DNA of 64,000 nucleotides from Candidatus Omnitrophota bacterium (GTDB lineage Bacteria; Omnitrophota; Omnitrophia; Omnitrophales; Aquincolibacteriaceae): NCBI GenBank assembly GCA_903884815.1, contig CAISGE010000004.1, positions 5,136 to 69,135 of the forward strand, read 5' to 3'. Shown piece by piece: positions 54,860 to 64,000 of this stretch (position 1 is its first letter; each line of letters starts with the position of its first letter). The notes under the pieces were generated by a model. It saw only the letters and a program-made list of their open reading frames with translations, ran no database searches and was not told where the DNA came from. The position numbers and the translations under genes were made by a program.

Positions 54860-55957
54860 TCAGGCAGGACGGGTCTTCCGGCGATCCACGGACATAAGGA
54901 TCCCGACGGCGACCAGATTCATCACGATCGAACTTCCTCCATAGCTGACAAATGGCAGCGGCAGGCCTTTGGTCGGAACAAGTCCGGTCGCCACCATCAT
55001 GTGAAACACCGTCTGAAGGATGATAAGGAGTGTGATCGAAGTTATGAGCAGCTTCTCGAATGGCTGATCGGCCTTGCGCGCCATACGGATGCAGCAAAAA
55101 AAGAAGATCAAGTAAAGCCCCAGGATGAACAGAACACCGATAAGCCCCATCTCTTCACCGATCACCGCCAAAATAAAGTCATTATGGCTGGACGGAAGAT
55201 AAAAAAGCTTTTGCGTGCTCTGTCCAAGGCCAACCCCATGCACCCCGCCGGATGCGAACGCCAAGAAAGACTGAATGATCTGAAAACCGGACCCCAGAGG
55301 ATCCTCCCAAGGATTCAGATAAGCTTCAAGACGGCTCAGACGATAGGGCACGCGAATGATTAAAAAATAAAGCGCTGGGAGAAGCACGGCAAACGCACCA
55401 AAAACGTAACGAAGCTGAAGACCCGCCAGAAAAAAGATGATGCAAGTGGCCATTACCATGAACGCCACGGAACCCAAGTCCGGCTCCAAGATCGTCAGGG
55501 CGCAAGCTGCACCGACCATAATAAGCGGAGGAAGGAACACTTTCACTCCCCCTTTTTGTACCAAAGCGAGCTTCCTGCCGAGATAATCCGCCAAATAAAC
55601 ACAGACCGCCAACTTCGCGAACTCCACAGGCTGAAACTGAAAGCCTCCGAGATGGATCCACCGCCGGGCACCGCCGGCGGCATGCCCGATCACGGGAAGA
55701 TAAACGGTCATGAGAAGCATGATCGCAAGCAGCATGAAGGCTCGGGCATTTTGTTTGTAAAAATTAACGGGAAGAGTGGCGGCAATAAAAAACCCGATGG
55801 TCCCCAAGACAACATACAGGACCTGCCGGATAAGAAAAAAGGCCTCATTCCCATGCCAATCGTGCGCCAGCACGCCACTGGCGCTGTAGATCATCACGAT
55901 GCCGATAGCGACCAGAAGATACATCACAACAAACATCAAACGCGCTTCTTTTGACAT
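54860..55957 (-). CDS. ftsW: peptidoglycan glycosyltransferase FtsW (SEDS family)
   Basis: Ten-TM SEDS pattern; SHNDFILAVIGEEMGLIG box. Confidence 0.85.
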   Translation of the reverse strand: MSKEARLMFVVMYLLVAIGIVMIYSASGVLAHDWHGNEAFFLIRQVLYVVLGTIGFFIAATLPVNFYKQNARAFMLLAIMLLMTVYLPVIGHAAGGARRWIHLGGFQFQPVEFAKLAVCVYLADYLGRKLALVQKGGVKVFLPPLIMVGAACALTILEPDLGSVAFMVMATCIIFFLAGLQLRYVFGAFAVLLPALYFLIIRVPYRLSRLEAYLNPWEDPLGSGFQIIQSFLAFASGGVHGVGLGQSTQKLFYLPSSHNDFILAVIGEEMGLIGVLFILGLYLIFFFCCIRMARKADQPFEKLLITSITLLIILQTVFHMMVATGLVPTKGLPLPFVSYGGSSIVMNLVAVGILMSVDRRKTRPA

Positions 55958-55958
55958 A

Positions 55959-57239
55959 TTATTTCCCCACGTTTGCGGCTTGAAGTTTTTTCCGCATCAG
56001 TTCTTTGAAGGAGCGTCCGCGTTCTTGATAATTCTTGAACATATCAAAACTTGCACAGGCGGGTGACAAAAGAACCGTGTCTCCCTTTCGCGCCTTTTCG
56101 AGGCTCATACAACAGGCCGCCTCAAGGCTCTCCGCCTCCAGCATTTCAACCGCCCCTTGCCACGCCTCTTTTATGATCGGCCGCGCGCACCCTATCAAAA
56201 TCGCACAACGGACCTTCCTCGTGATCACAGCCCTCAGTGTGCGGAAATCCTCTACGCCAGTCTTGTTTTTTCCCCCGCAGACAAGCACCACGGTTCCGTC
56301 GTGGGATTTCTCGAGGGCCCACGCAAGCGACGCCGTGGTCGTTGCCTTGGAATCGTTCACGAAGGAGATACCGTCCTGCTCCGCGAATGTCTCCAGCCGG
56401 TGTTCAATACCACGAAAATCCGCGATCGCCTGTCCGACAAGAGACACGGGATATCCCAAAGCGTCAACGGCGCAAAGAAGCGCGGCTTCATTCGGATTCG
56501 ACGCGGAGCGCTCGTCAGAGTAAACACGCCGCGCGGCCGTCTTAAAATGAGGGAAAAAATCATGCTCGTCCCTTCTCTGACAAATCATCACATTTGGCTC
56601 TTTCATCCAGCGAAAAAGGTTCAGCTTCGCCGCCGCATATTCTGCCGCATCTGCATGCCAATCCATATGGTTCGGATGAAGATTCAGGAGCAACCCCACC
56701 GTTGGGGCAAAGCTCGCGCAATGCATCAGTTGGAATGAACTGACTTCAAGGACCACCACCGTCTCCGGAGTGATACGGGGAAGCTCGCCGATCCAGGGAT
56801 TTCCGATATTGCCGCAAAGCACGCACTTCCGCCCGCTCGCTTCCACGATACGCGCAAGAAGTGTCGCGGTGGTCGTCTTGCCGCAGGAACCCGTCACCGC
56901 AACAACTGTACGCGCGACGGAAAACCAACTCGCGACCTCGATCTCACTAAAGATCGGCTTGCCTGAAGATCGCAAAGCCTGACAGATCTTGGCTCCGGGA
57001 GGAATGCCGGGAGAGATCAGAATCCAATCCGCATTGAGTATCCTCTCGAAAGAGTGCGTACCGCATTCCGCCTGGATCCCCTGCTCCTCAAGCCGTGCCA
57101 TATTTCTCCGAACTTCGGAAGTGTCGGCAAGATCCGAGGCGAAAACATGATAGCCCTTTTCATGGAGACAAAGTGCGCTCAGGTATCCGGTATCGCGTAA
57201 TCCCAGAATGGCGACCCTGGTTCCCGGAGGCGGCTTCAT
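55959..57239 (-). CDS. murD: UDP-N-acetylmuramoylalanine--D-glutamate ligase
   Basis: RVAILGLRDTGYLSALCL N-terminus; AVTGSCGKTTT P-loop. Confidence 0.9.
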   Translation of the reverse strand: MKPPPGTRVAILGLRDTGYLSALCLHEKGYHVFASDLADTSEVRRNMARLEEQGIQAECGTHSFERILNADWILISPGIPPGAKICQALRSSGKPIFSEIEVASWFSVARTVVAVTGSCGKTTTATLLARIVEASGRKCVLCGNIGNPWIGELPRITPETVVVLEVSSFQLMHCASFAPTVGLLLNLHPNHMDWHADAAEYAAAKLNLFRWMKEPNVMICQRRDEHDFFPHFKTAARRVYSDERSASNPNEAALLCAVDALGYPVSLVGQAIADFRGIEHRLETFAEQDGISFVNDSKATTTASLAWALEKSHDGTVVLVCGGKNKTGVEDFRTLRAVITRKVRCAILIGCARPIIKEAWQGAVEMLEAESLEAACCMSLEKARKGDTVLLSPACASFDMFKNYQERGRSFKELMRKKLQAANVGK

Positions 57240-57240
57240 A

Positions 57241-58326
57241 TCAACGAACCTTCAGGGTGCTAAGACCCACGATGGCCAGAATAAACGCGATGATCCAAAG
57301 CCGGATCGTGATCTTGGATTCCGGCCAACCTTTGCGCTGGAGATGATGATGAAAAGGCGACATTAGGAAAATTCTTTTCTTTCGCAGCTTGAAGCTCGTG
57401 ACCTGGAGGATCACGGAAAGAGCTTCCCAAACAAAGATCCCTCCGACGATTACCAGCACCAACTCCTTTTTCGTAAGCACTGCAATGGCTCCTAAAGCAC
57501 CGCCCAGGGAAAGGGATCCGGTATCACCCATAAAGACTTCGGCCGGGTAAGAGTTAAACCAAAGAAAGCCCGCGCTCGCGCCAGCCAGTGCCGCGCAAAA
57601 AACAGTCACTTCCCCGGCTTCCGGGATATTCGGGATGGCGAGATACCTCGCGATATCGTAATGGCCCGTCACGTAGATGATCAGGGCAAAGGCGGTGGTC
57701 GTAAACATCGTGCATCCGATGGCAAGCCCGTCGAGCCCATCTGTCAAATTCAAAGCGTTCGAGGTTCCCGTAAGAACGAGCACCACCCAAGGGATGAAAA
57801 GGAACCCGAAATAAAACACACCTTTTTTGAGGAGTGGAATATAGAGCCATTTATCAAAGGAAGGATCGCAGTAAAGGTAGATACCGATCGCAAGTCCCAT
57901 CAACACCTGCCCCAGGAGCTTCGTCAGCGAACTCAGGCCATCCGAGCTTTTCGAACGCAGTTTCAACCAGTCGTCCAGGAATCCGACGAAACCGAACCAA
58001 AGCATCACGATCACCATCATCCACACAAAACGATTCGTCAAATTCCCCCACAGGAGCGTCGAAACGACCACGCTCGCGACGATAAGGATGCCGCCCATCA
58101 TAGGCACATCCTTCTTGTGCTTGAAATGCTCATGGATGGCTTCGGCGTAGGCCCTCTCTTGATTCGTGACGGCGCGCAACGATTTGAGCCAGGCAATACA
58201 ACGGGGTCCCAGCCACAGAGACAGGAGGAACGCCGTCACGCTGGCACCCGCCGAACGGAAGGTGATGTAGCGGAACAAATTAAAGACGATCGAATGATCC
58301 GCGAGATGATGAAGGAAATAAAACAT
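57241..58326 (-). CDS. mraY: phospho-N-acetylmuramoyl-pentapeptide transferase
   Basis: NALNLTDGLDGLA and MGDTGS boxes. Confidence 0.9.
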   Translation of the reverse strand: MFYFLHHLADHSIVFNLFRYITFRSAGASVTAFLLSLWLGPRCIAWLKSLRAVTNQERAYAEAIHEHFKHKKDVPMMGGILIVASVVVSTLLWGNLTNRFVWMMVIVMLWFGFVGFLDDWLKLRSKSSDGLSSLTKLLGQVLMGLAIGIYLYCDPSFDKWLYIPLLKKGVFYFGFLFIPWVVLVLTGTSNALNLTDGLDGLAIGCTMFTTTAFALIIYVTGHYDIARYLAIPNIPEAGEVTVFCAALAGASAGFLWFNSYPAEVFMGDTGSLSLGGALGAIAVLTKKELVLVIVGGIFVWEALSVILQVTSFKLRKKRIFLMSPFHHHLQRKGWPESKITIRLWIIAFILAIVGLSTLKVR

Positions 58327-58346
58327 GATCTGGTCCCAATTCTATT

Positions 58347-58369
58347 CAATTTCAACAAAGTTGAAATTG
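58347..58369. promoter_or_regulatory. 10-bp perfect palindrome CAATTTCAAC-AAA-GTTGAAATTG between murF and mraY
   Basis: Read directly. It lies in the 103-bp murF-mraY spacer. Confidence 0.4.
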
Positions 58370-58429
58370 GGGCAATCCTTGTCGGCCCTAAAGAAATAAA
58401 ACAAGGACAAGGATGTTATAACTCGATAA

Positions 58430-59836
58430 TTAAGGGTGCGCTAAAAAAGTAGTGTGCCGTATTCCATCCAAAATTTTCTCAACGTGCATGCTGCGCGACC
58501 CCTTAAAAAGCACGGCATCGCCCACATTCAGAACTTCCTCAAGAGCTTCGCGAGTTTTATCACGATCCTCAAAATGCCGGGCTATACAAAGGGAACCCGA
58601 AGCCGCCACAGCATCAACACTGAAACGCGCGAGTTTTCCGTAAGCGAACACCAGGTCAATTCCTGACGCGGCGATCTTCCGCCCCAGGTCAAGATGGAAC
58701 CGCTCCTCATCAGCTCCCAATTCGAGCATGTCGGCAAAAACAACGACCTTTTTTCCGCTGACGGAAAGGGACTGAAAGGCCTCAAGGGCATTCGCGAAGG
58801 AGACGGGGTTCGCATTGTAGCTGTCATCGATCACACGAACGCCGCAGGCCAACATTGTCTCACGAAATCTGCCCGATGCAAAGCTCACATCATCCCATTT
58901 TAAAGGGATCTCTTCCCAAGCAAGGCCCAGATTCCTCGCCATAGCCATTGCAAGTCCTGCATTCAGCGCCAAAAAAGCCGCCTGTCCCGGAAACGAGAAT
59001 GGTCCCCGGCGATTCAACAGAAACGAGACCTCCCCACTCACCGTCTTTACATCCGAGATTTGGTAATCTGAATTCTCGGCATAGCCAACAGTCACGGCCT
59101 TCCGACCCTTCTGACGGATCATCTCAAGCAGCTTCGCATCATCCCCCAAGACGACCAATGGCTCGCCGGATTTCAGGGAATCCGCGAGCTCCAGCTTCGT
59201 GCGATACACATTCTCAAGATTGCCAAACCCGGCCAGATGTGCAGGTCCGATGGGGGTGAGGATCCCCCCTGAAGGTGCGGCCAACTCGGAGAGATGACGG
59301 ATTTCGCCGGAGGCGCTAGCGCCCATTTCCATAACGCCAAACTGGTGAGAGGCGTCAAGCCTTGACAGCATGATGGGCACGCCTAAATGATTATTCAAAT
59401 TTCCCTGCGTCGCGAGGACCGAAAATTTCTGACGCAATAAATAGGCCAGAAACTCCTTGGTCGTGGTCTTCCCCACGCTCCCGGTAATTCCGATTACACG
59501 GACCGGAAGGGTTTTACGATATGCCGCCGCAAGGGTCGTCATGGCTAACTGCGGGTCCATAACAGGGATCAGATTCCGCACATTCACTTTTGCGTCTCGG
59601 AGCAAAGCAAGAACCGCATCTTTTTGATGAGCTGCGACTAAAGCGCCCGAAGCTCCTTTTTCAAAAGCCGTAGCAAGAAACGCGTGTCCATCACTGTGAT
59701 CCCCCTTAAAAGCGACAAAGAAATCCCCCGGCTGAAGTGAACGGGTATCGATCGACAGACTTCGGATCGTCAGTGAGAGCTCCGGAAAAACCGGGGCGTC
59801 GCCAAGCAGGCGGCTTGCTTCAAGATAGGAAAACAC
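58430..59836 (-). CDS. murF: UDP-N-acetylmuramoyl-tripeptide--D-alanyl-D-alanine ligase
   Basis: SIDTRSL box; GITGSVGKTTT P-loop. Confidence 0.9.
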   Translation of the reverse strand: MFSYLEASRLLGDAPVFPELSLTIRSLSIDTRSLQPGDFFVAFKGDHSDGHAFLATAFEKGASGALVAAHQKDAVLALLRDAKVNVRNLIPVMDPQLAMTTLAAAYRKTLPVRVIGITGSVGKTTTKEFLAYLLRQKFSVLATQGNLNNHLGVPIMLSRLDASHQFGVMEMGASASGEIRHLSELAAPSGGILTPIGPAHLAGFGNLENVYRTKLELADSLKSGEPLVVLGDDAKLLEMIRQKGRKAVTVGYAENSDYQISDVKTVSGEVSFLLNRRGPFSFPGQAAFLALNAGLAMAMARNLGLAWEEIPLKWDDVSFASGRFRETMLACGVRVIDDSYNANPVSFANALEAFQSLSVSGKKVVVFADMLELGADEERFHLDLGRKIAASGIDLVFAYGKLARFSVDAVAASGSLCIARHFEDRDKTREALEEVLNVGDAVLFKGSRSMHVEKILDGIRHTTFLAHP

Positions 59837-61310
59837 GGCTTCGTCTTTTTAAAGCGGACTCAACAACGTCGCGGTCGCTAAAGGGGATTTTTCCATCCGC
59901 GAGGATCTGATAATCTTCATGCCCCTTTCCGAGGACAAAGACCACATCCCCGGGTTTCGCGAGGGTGATCGCTTTTTCGATCGCCTCCTGCCGGTCCGGG
60001 ATCTCAAAGATGCTGCCGGGCACTGTCAAGGGTCGCGGAAGGCCTGCGCGCATGTCGTGAAAAATTTCCTCGGGCTCTTCGGACCGCGGATTGTCCGAAG
60101 TCATAATGATGACATCGGAGTATCGACAAGCGGCTTGCGTCATGAGTGGGCGTTTCCCCCTGTCGCGATCACCCCCGCAGCCAAAAACCGTCAAGATGCG
60201 CTTGGGCTTCATTTCCTTCGCGTCATGGAGCACCTGCTCAAAAGCATCGGGCGTATGGGCGTAATCGACAAATACCGTATAGTCCGTCCCGGTGCCGATC
60301 CTTTCCATGCGCCCCGGTATCGCCGGGATCTCTTCAAGCGCGCCGCGAAAATCGTTAAGATCGAACCCAAGCTGATCCAGAGAACTGAGCACAGCCACGG
60401 CATTGGAAACGTTGTAGCGCATAGGCAGACGTACCTGGAACGACATCTCCTGACCGCGATAACACAAGACAAAGCGGCTCCCCTGAAAACTCATCTGAAG
60501 GTCTTTCGCGTAGTAATCCGCTTCTCCAAGCACGCTGAAAGTTTTCGCCTTAGGCAGTTCCTCGATGAGGCGGCGCCCGTACGGACAATCCTTATTAAAA
60601 AGCATTCTCCTGGGCGCCTGCGCTCCGGTAAAAAAATCGCGCTTCACCTGGAAATATTCTTCCATGTTGTGATGGAAATCCAAATGGTCCTGGGTCAGCT
60701 GGGTAAAAACGCCGAGCTCGTACTCCAGACCATAAATGCGCTTCTGGCTGATCGCGTGAGAAGAAACTTCCATCACACAGTGCTTCACACCCTCCTGGTC
60801 CATTTGATGGAACATGGGGATCAACACTTCAGGTCCCGGAGTCGTGTTGACCGCGGGAACTTTCCCGGAGGGAAGCTCATACCAGAGTGTTCCTAGATAA
60901 GCCGCCGGATTTTTTTCACGCAGTAGCCGGTGAAGAAGATAAGTCGTGGTGGTCTTTCCGTTCGTTCCCGTCACGCCGATCAGTTTAATCTTATGGTCGG
61001 GAAAGTCGTAAAATCGGTTTAGAAGCATCGACAAGGCCGACCGGGAATCCCGAACGCGCACGCCTGTCACATGGGGAGGGATCGTCACCTCGGGATCTTT
61101 CTCAAAAACGATGACCGAGGCTTTCGCGTAGATCGCCTGCCCGAGAAAATCATGCCCGTCCATTCGGTCCCCGGGACATGCGACAAAGATATCGCCGGAC
61201 TCAACGGCTCGGGAATCAGAGGTGATTTTATTAAAGATGCGTTTGGGGTCCCAGTGATACTTCTCGAGGATTGGGATGCCCTTAAATAGCTCATCAAGAT
61301 GTTTACGCAT
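59820..61310 (-). CDS. murE: UDP-N-acetylmuramoyl-L-alanyl-D-glutamate--2,6-diaminopimelate ligase
   Basis: TSDSRAV box; GVTGTNGKTTT P-loop; DNPR motif (meso-DAP specificity). Confidence 0.9.
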   Translation of the reverse strand: MRKHLDELFKGIPILEKYHWDPKRIFNKITSDSRAVESGDIFVACPGDRMDGHDFLGQAIYAKASVIVFEKDPEVTIPPHVTGVRVRDSRSALSMLLNRFYDFPDHKIKLIGVTGTNGKTTTTYLLHRLLREKNPAAYLGTLWYELPSGKVPAVNTTPGPEVLIPMFHQMDQEGVKHCVMEVSSHAISQKRIYGLEYELGVFTQLTQDHLDFHHNMEEYFQVKRDFFTGAQAPRRMLFNKDCPYGRRLIEELPKAKTFSVLGEADYYAKDLQMSFQGSRFVLCYRGQEMSFQVRLPMRYNVSNAVAVLSSLDQLGFDLNDFRGALEEIPAIPGRMERIGTGTDYTVFVDYAHTPDAFEQVLHDAKEMKPKRILTVFGCGGDRDRGKRPLMTQAACRYSDVIIMTSDNPRSEEPEEIFHDMRAGLPRPLTVPGSIFEIPDRQEAIEKAITLAKPGDVVFVLGKGHEDYQILADGKIPFSDRDVVESALKRRSRVFLS

Positions 61311-61325
61311 AGATCCTGAAAACCT

Positions 61326-61802
61326 CTACGGTTTTGGAGTTACGATTTTATCGGCGTTTTTTAACGAAAATTGAAAACTTTGTGACCGGACTTCGACCTC
61401 ATTGATCCCGGCCAAACCGTGGCGGCCCAGGACAATATCCACGACCATCGAATCGACCGCCGCATGCTCGACCCCCTGCTGTTGGGCCCAACTCCCGAGA
61501 AGCCTTATCTTGCTCGCATTACTCGTGAGAATGATCCGAATACCGCGCTGAGAAACCAGCGTCAGCGGGTCAAATGTAACCTTAAAATTCCCGTCTAAAA
61601 GCTGGACCCGATCGTCCCAGGTGAAAGTCCCCTGCCTCACTTCAAACGAAGGAAAAAAAACAGCGGGAATATATTTTCCGCCCATCCTTATCTTGAGCCT
61701 CGCCTGGAGTTCCTGATAGACCCAGAAATTGAGCCCAAGAGATACGGCGGTCAATATCAGAAAAACTCCTAACATCGCCGCTAATTGCTTCAGGGTTTTC
61801 AC
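61326..61802 (-). CDS. membrane-anchored hypothetical protein (158 aa)
   Basis: N-terminal TM (LAAMLGVFLILTAVSLGL). It occupies the position where ftsI/ftsL would normally precede murE. No motif recognised. Confidence 0.45.
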   Translation of the reverse strand: MKTLKQLAAMLGVFLILTAVSLGLNFWVYQELQARLKIRMGGKYIPAVFFPSFEVRQGTFTWDDRVQLLDGNFKVTFDPLTLVSQRGIRIILTSNASKIRLLGSWAQQQGVEHAAVDSMVVDIVLGRHGLAGINEVEVRSQSFQFSLKNADKIVTPKP

Positions 61803-61814
61803 AAATCGCCTCGA

Positions 61815-62474
61815 TCATGTTCCGGATGGATCAGAAACCTTCTGAGGGTGGATAACGATCTCGACGCGTCTATTCCTGTCCCGGCCTTCTTCGGTGGTAT
61901 TGGAAACTATCGGCCTATATTCAGAATATCCCGCCACACCGAACCTCCGCGGTGCAAGATCCCGATTGTCCACAAAATAGTGCAGCACAGCACTCGCCCG
62001 ACCGATGGAATATTCCCAGTTGGTGATCCCATCAGCGCCTTCGATCGGCTGATTGTCCGTGTGGCCTTCCACGCTGACTCGGTTCAGGGGAAGATCTTTT
62101 GACAAAACAACTGAGATCTCATTCAGGATCCCTTCCCCGGCAGAAGTAAACTGCGACTCATCCGGGTCAAAAAGAGCATGGTCCAAAACGCTCACGACCA
62201 AGCCCCTCGGATCCAATGCGATCCGGACATCCCCCCGTGCGATCTGCGGGTCAAGCTTCTTTTCAAGTTCCGGTATGGCCACCCGAAGGTCCACACGTGA
62301 ATCCACGGTTCCGTCCAACTCCTGATTCAGACGAACGACCTCGGCCTTCAAGCTTTCGATCGTTGCGCTTTGCTGGAGAGTCAATGATTTCGACGCGGTG
62401 TCACTCGCCGTTGCGCAACCGATCATGGCGAGCAAGGAAAACGCCAGTAAGCAGGAACATCTTTTGAAAATCAT
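61815..62474 (-). CDS. OmpA-family lipoprotein (peptidoglycan-associated, OmpA/MotB C-terminal domain)
   Basis: Lipobox-like LLAMIGC, a coiled-coil stretch, and a C-terminal OmpA fold (VEGHTDNQPI...NRRVEIVI). Confidence 0.75.
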   Translation of the reverse strand: MIFKRCSCLLAFSLLAMIGCATASDTASKSLTLQQSATIESLKAEVVRLNQELDGTVDSRVDLRVAIPELEKKLDPQIARGDVRIALDPRGLVVSVLDHALFDPDESQFTSAGEGILNEISVVLSKDLPLNRVSVEGHTDNQPIEGADGITNWEYSIGRASAVLHYFVDNRDLAPRRFGVAGYSEYRPIVSNTTEEGRDRNRRVEIVIHPQKVSDPSGT

Positions 62475-62498
62475 AGCCCCAGGAGCCCTCTTCTTTTT

Positions 62499-62687
62499 TC
62501 AGGAATGTGCGCTGAACTTCTGGTAGACATACCAGATCGCCAACCCCGAAAGGACATAGGTCGCGAACAAAAGAAGATGGAAAAAGAACGGCGTCTTTTT
62601 CTTTTCGACAGGTTTAGGACCACTCGCTCCCGATTCTTTAGCAACAAGATACTGCGGCTTGCGGATCTCGATCTTCATAATTGACAC
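62499..62687 (-). CDS. small membrane protein (62 aa)
   Basis: Single TM (FFHLLLFATYVLSGLAIWYVY). Tightly spaced between its neighbours. Confidence 0.4.
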   Translation of the reverse strand: MSIMKIEIRKPQYLVAKESGASGPKPVEKKKTPFFFHLLLFATYVLSGLAIWYVYQKFSAHS

Positions 62688-62689
62688 AC

Positions 62690-63907
62690 TTATCCCTCCA
62701 ACGAAGTTTTCTCTGCGTTTCTATCACTCCGGATACAAGTGTCCACCTTTTCCAAAAGCGTCTTATCCTTCAACACTTTCAGAAAGGCCTCGACAACCAC
62801 CGGATCGAACTGAGTCCCTTGATACTTGACGATCTCCTCCATGGCCTCCTTGACCGTCAATTGTTTCCGATAATGGCGCTTGGAAACCATCGCCATAAAA
62901 GAATCCACCACCGCTACAATGCGCGCGCCCAAAGGGATCTCTTCGCCCTTCATGCCCTGGGGGTACCCTTTCCCGTCATAGCGCTCGTGACGATGCATCA
63001 CGATCGGGAGCACCGGTTTGAGAGAGCTGATCGACCGGAGCAGATTCGCTCCGCGGATCGGAATGCTGCGAATCTCCTCCAGTTCCCGCTGTGTGAGTTT
63101 TTCTTTCTTCTGCCAAGCCTTTTCCGGAAACGCCAATTGCCCCGTATCCAGAAGCAGGATCGCCCGCTCAAGATGAACAAGTTCCGACCCGGGGAGTTCC
63201 ATCTGCTTCCCGACAGCGATCACCATTTCCCCGATGATCTCAATGCTCCCCCGCTCGTCCCCGAAATGTCGCTTCATAAGCTCGTTGATCGTCTTGATGC
63301 TACCGAGCGTCAGCTCCTCCGTACGTTCAAAAAGCTGGGCGTTCTTGATCGCCACAACCGCCTGCTCCGAAAGTGATTTTAGGATCTCAAGGTCCGTTTT
63401 CGTGAATGACTGCCGGTCCACCTTCCCCCATAACGTCATCACCCCCACCACGTCATCTTCGATGAACGGGACTGCGATATAACGATTCTGCAAACAGAAT
63501 TCTCCGGTATCCGCGATATGGCCTTCCAGGCCACGGCCGAACCGCACGCGCTGCTTGTGGACGAACTTGGGATGCGTTCCAAAAGAAAAAAACGGCACCA
63601 GATATTGCCTCTCGGTATCCGTCAAAAGGATCGAACATCCCGAAGCCTTAAGGATCTGGGCACTTAACCGGCCGATACGAGGCAACAGTTCCCGAAGTCG
63701 AAGCGATGAATTAATCACCCGGTGGACCGAGTGCATGGTCGAAAGTGCCAACGCGCGCGGATGAACGGTCTCGTAAAAATTATTCAATTCAAAGTTTTTG
63801 AACGCTAACTCTACCTGACTCGCGAGAAAATAGTAAAAAGGGAGAATGATCGGGCGCACTTCCCGTTCCGGACGTTTCACGCAATCTAAAACGAGGAATC
63901 CCTTCAC
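62690..63907 (-). CDS. GAF domain plus degenerate HD-GYP domain protein
   Basis: N-terminal GAF-like fold. The C-terminus has HRHERYDGKGYPQG (GYP box intact), but the upstream HD box reads LLLDTGQ (H replaced by L). Confidence 0.65.
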   Translation of the reverse strand: MKGFLVLDCVKRPEREVRPIILPFYYFLASQVELAFKNFELNNFYETVHPRALALSTMHSVHRVINSSLRLRELLPRIGRLSAQILKASGCSILLTDTERQYLVPFFSFGTHPKFVHKQRVRFGRGLEGHIADTGEFCLQNRYIAVPFIEDDVVGVMTLWGKVDRQSFTKTDLEILKSLSEQAVVAIKNAQLFERTEELTLGSIKTINELMKRHFGDERGSIEIIGEMVIAVGKQMELPGSELVHLERAILLLDTGQLAFPEKAWQKKEKLTQRELEEIRSIPIRGANLLRSISSLKPVLPIVMHRHERYDGKGYPQGMKGEEIPLGARIVAVVDSFMAMVSKRHYRKQLTVKEAMEEIVKYQGTQFDPVVVEAFLKVLKDKTLLEKVDTCIRSDRNAEKTSLEG

Positions 63908-64000
63908 CGCCCCCAGGTAGCGGAGCGGGAAGACAAGACAATTCTTCCCGAAAGCGCAGCGATAAAATAGGGGGAGTTTTTCAAGGTTCGAAGCATTGTG

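Noticed and set aside
1-64000. tRNA, rRNA, CRISPR, IS or integrase signatures
   Set aside because: I scanned spacers longer than 70 bp for T-loop GTTCGA/GTTCAA contexts and for repeat-spacer periodicity and found none. No transposase or integrase-like ORF is present.

Overview
This is a 64-kb bacterial chromosomal window, moderately GC-rich by eye. Every gene I can support (about 45) lies on the minus strand. Most are packed with short gaps or 1-20 nt overlaps, so several operons are likely. All long plus-strand ORFs in the track are antisense shadows of minus-strand genes. Reading in the direction of transcription (high to low coordinates), the window holds: (1) a degenerate GAF/HD-GYP protein, a small TM protein, an OmpA-family lipoprotein and a membrane protein, then a canonical dcw block murE-murF-mraY-murD-ftsW-murG-murC-ddl-ftsQ-ftsA. 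In this window the block is followed directly by the glycine-cleavage genes (not ftsZ) and preceded by non-dcw genes (not ftsI/ftsL/mraW/mraZ). (2) gcvT-gcvH-gcvPA-gcvPB, a lipoate-ligase-family gene, a hypothetical, and pcrA/uvrD. (3) One uninterrupted 19,050-nt ORF (22045..41094, 6349 aa) with an N-terminal Sec-type signal peptide. It carries three separate HExxH zincin-type motifs, an ABC1/UbiB-type atypical kinase domain, an HD phosphohydrolase motif, a central block of 4-5 hydrophobic helices, and six copies of a short RSE[TV]R motif. This giant, non-repetitive, multi-enzyme secreted megaprotein is the most unusual object in the window. It has its own AT-rich 216-bp upstream region with TATAGCAA-type repeats. 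(4) Downstream of it are plsC, an EEP-family nuclease/phosphatase, an M48 (HtpX/Ste24-like) protease, a TPR plus MA-type zincin protein, a ParB-like protein and a BatD/BatE-like pair. These are followed by trpB-trpA-ruvX, an M16 peptidase, rpe-lepA-lepB, two SPOR-domain proteins, a small K/A/P-rich basic protein and a GNAT gene. A compact PilZ-YajQ-PilZ trio of c-di-GMP receptor-type genes, a cNMP-binding patatin-like phospholipase and a 5'-truncated thiolase complete the window. No rRNA, tRNA, CRISPR array or obvious mobile element was seen. Several intergenic palindromes or repeat words are reported as candidates only: a GTAC-N3-GTAC array upstream of pcrA, a perfect 17-bp hairpin, a tacc-rich imperfect inverted repeat upstream of the M48 gene, and a 10-bp palindrome between murF and mraY.
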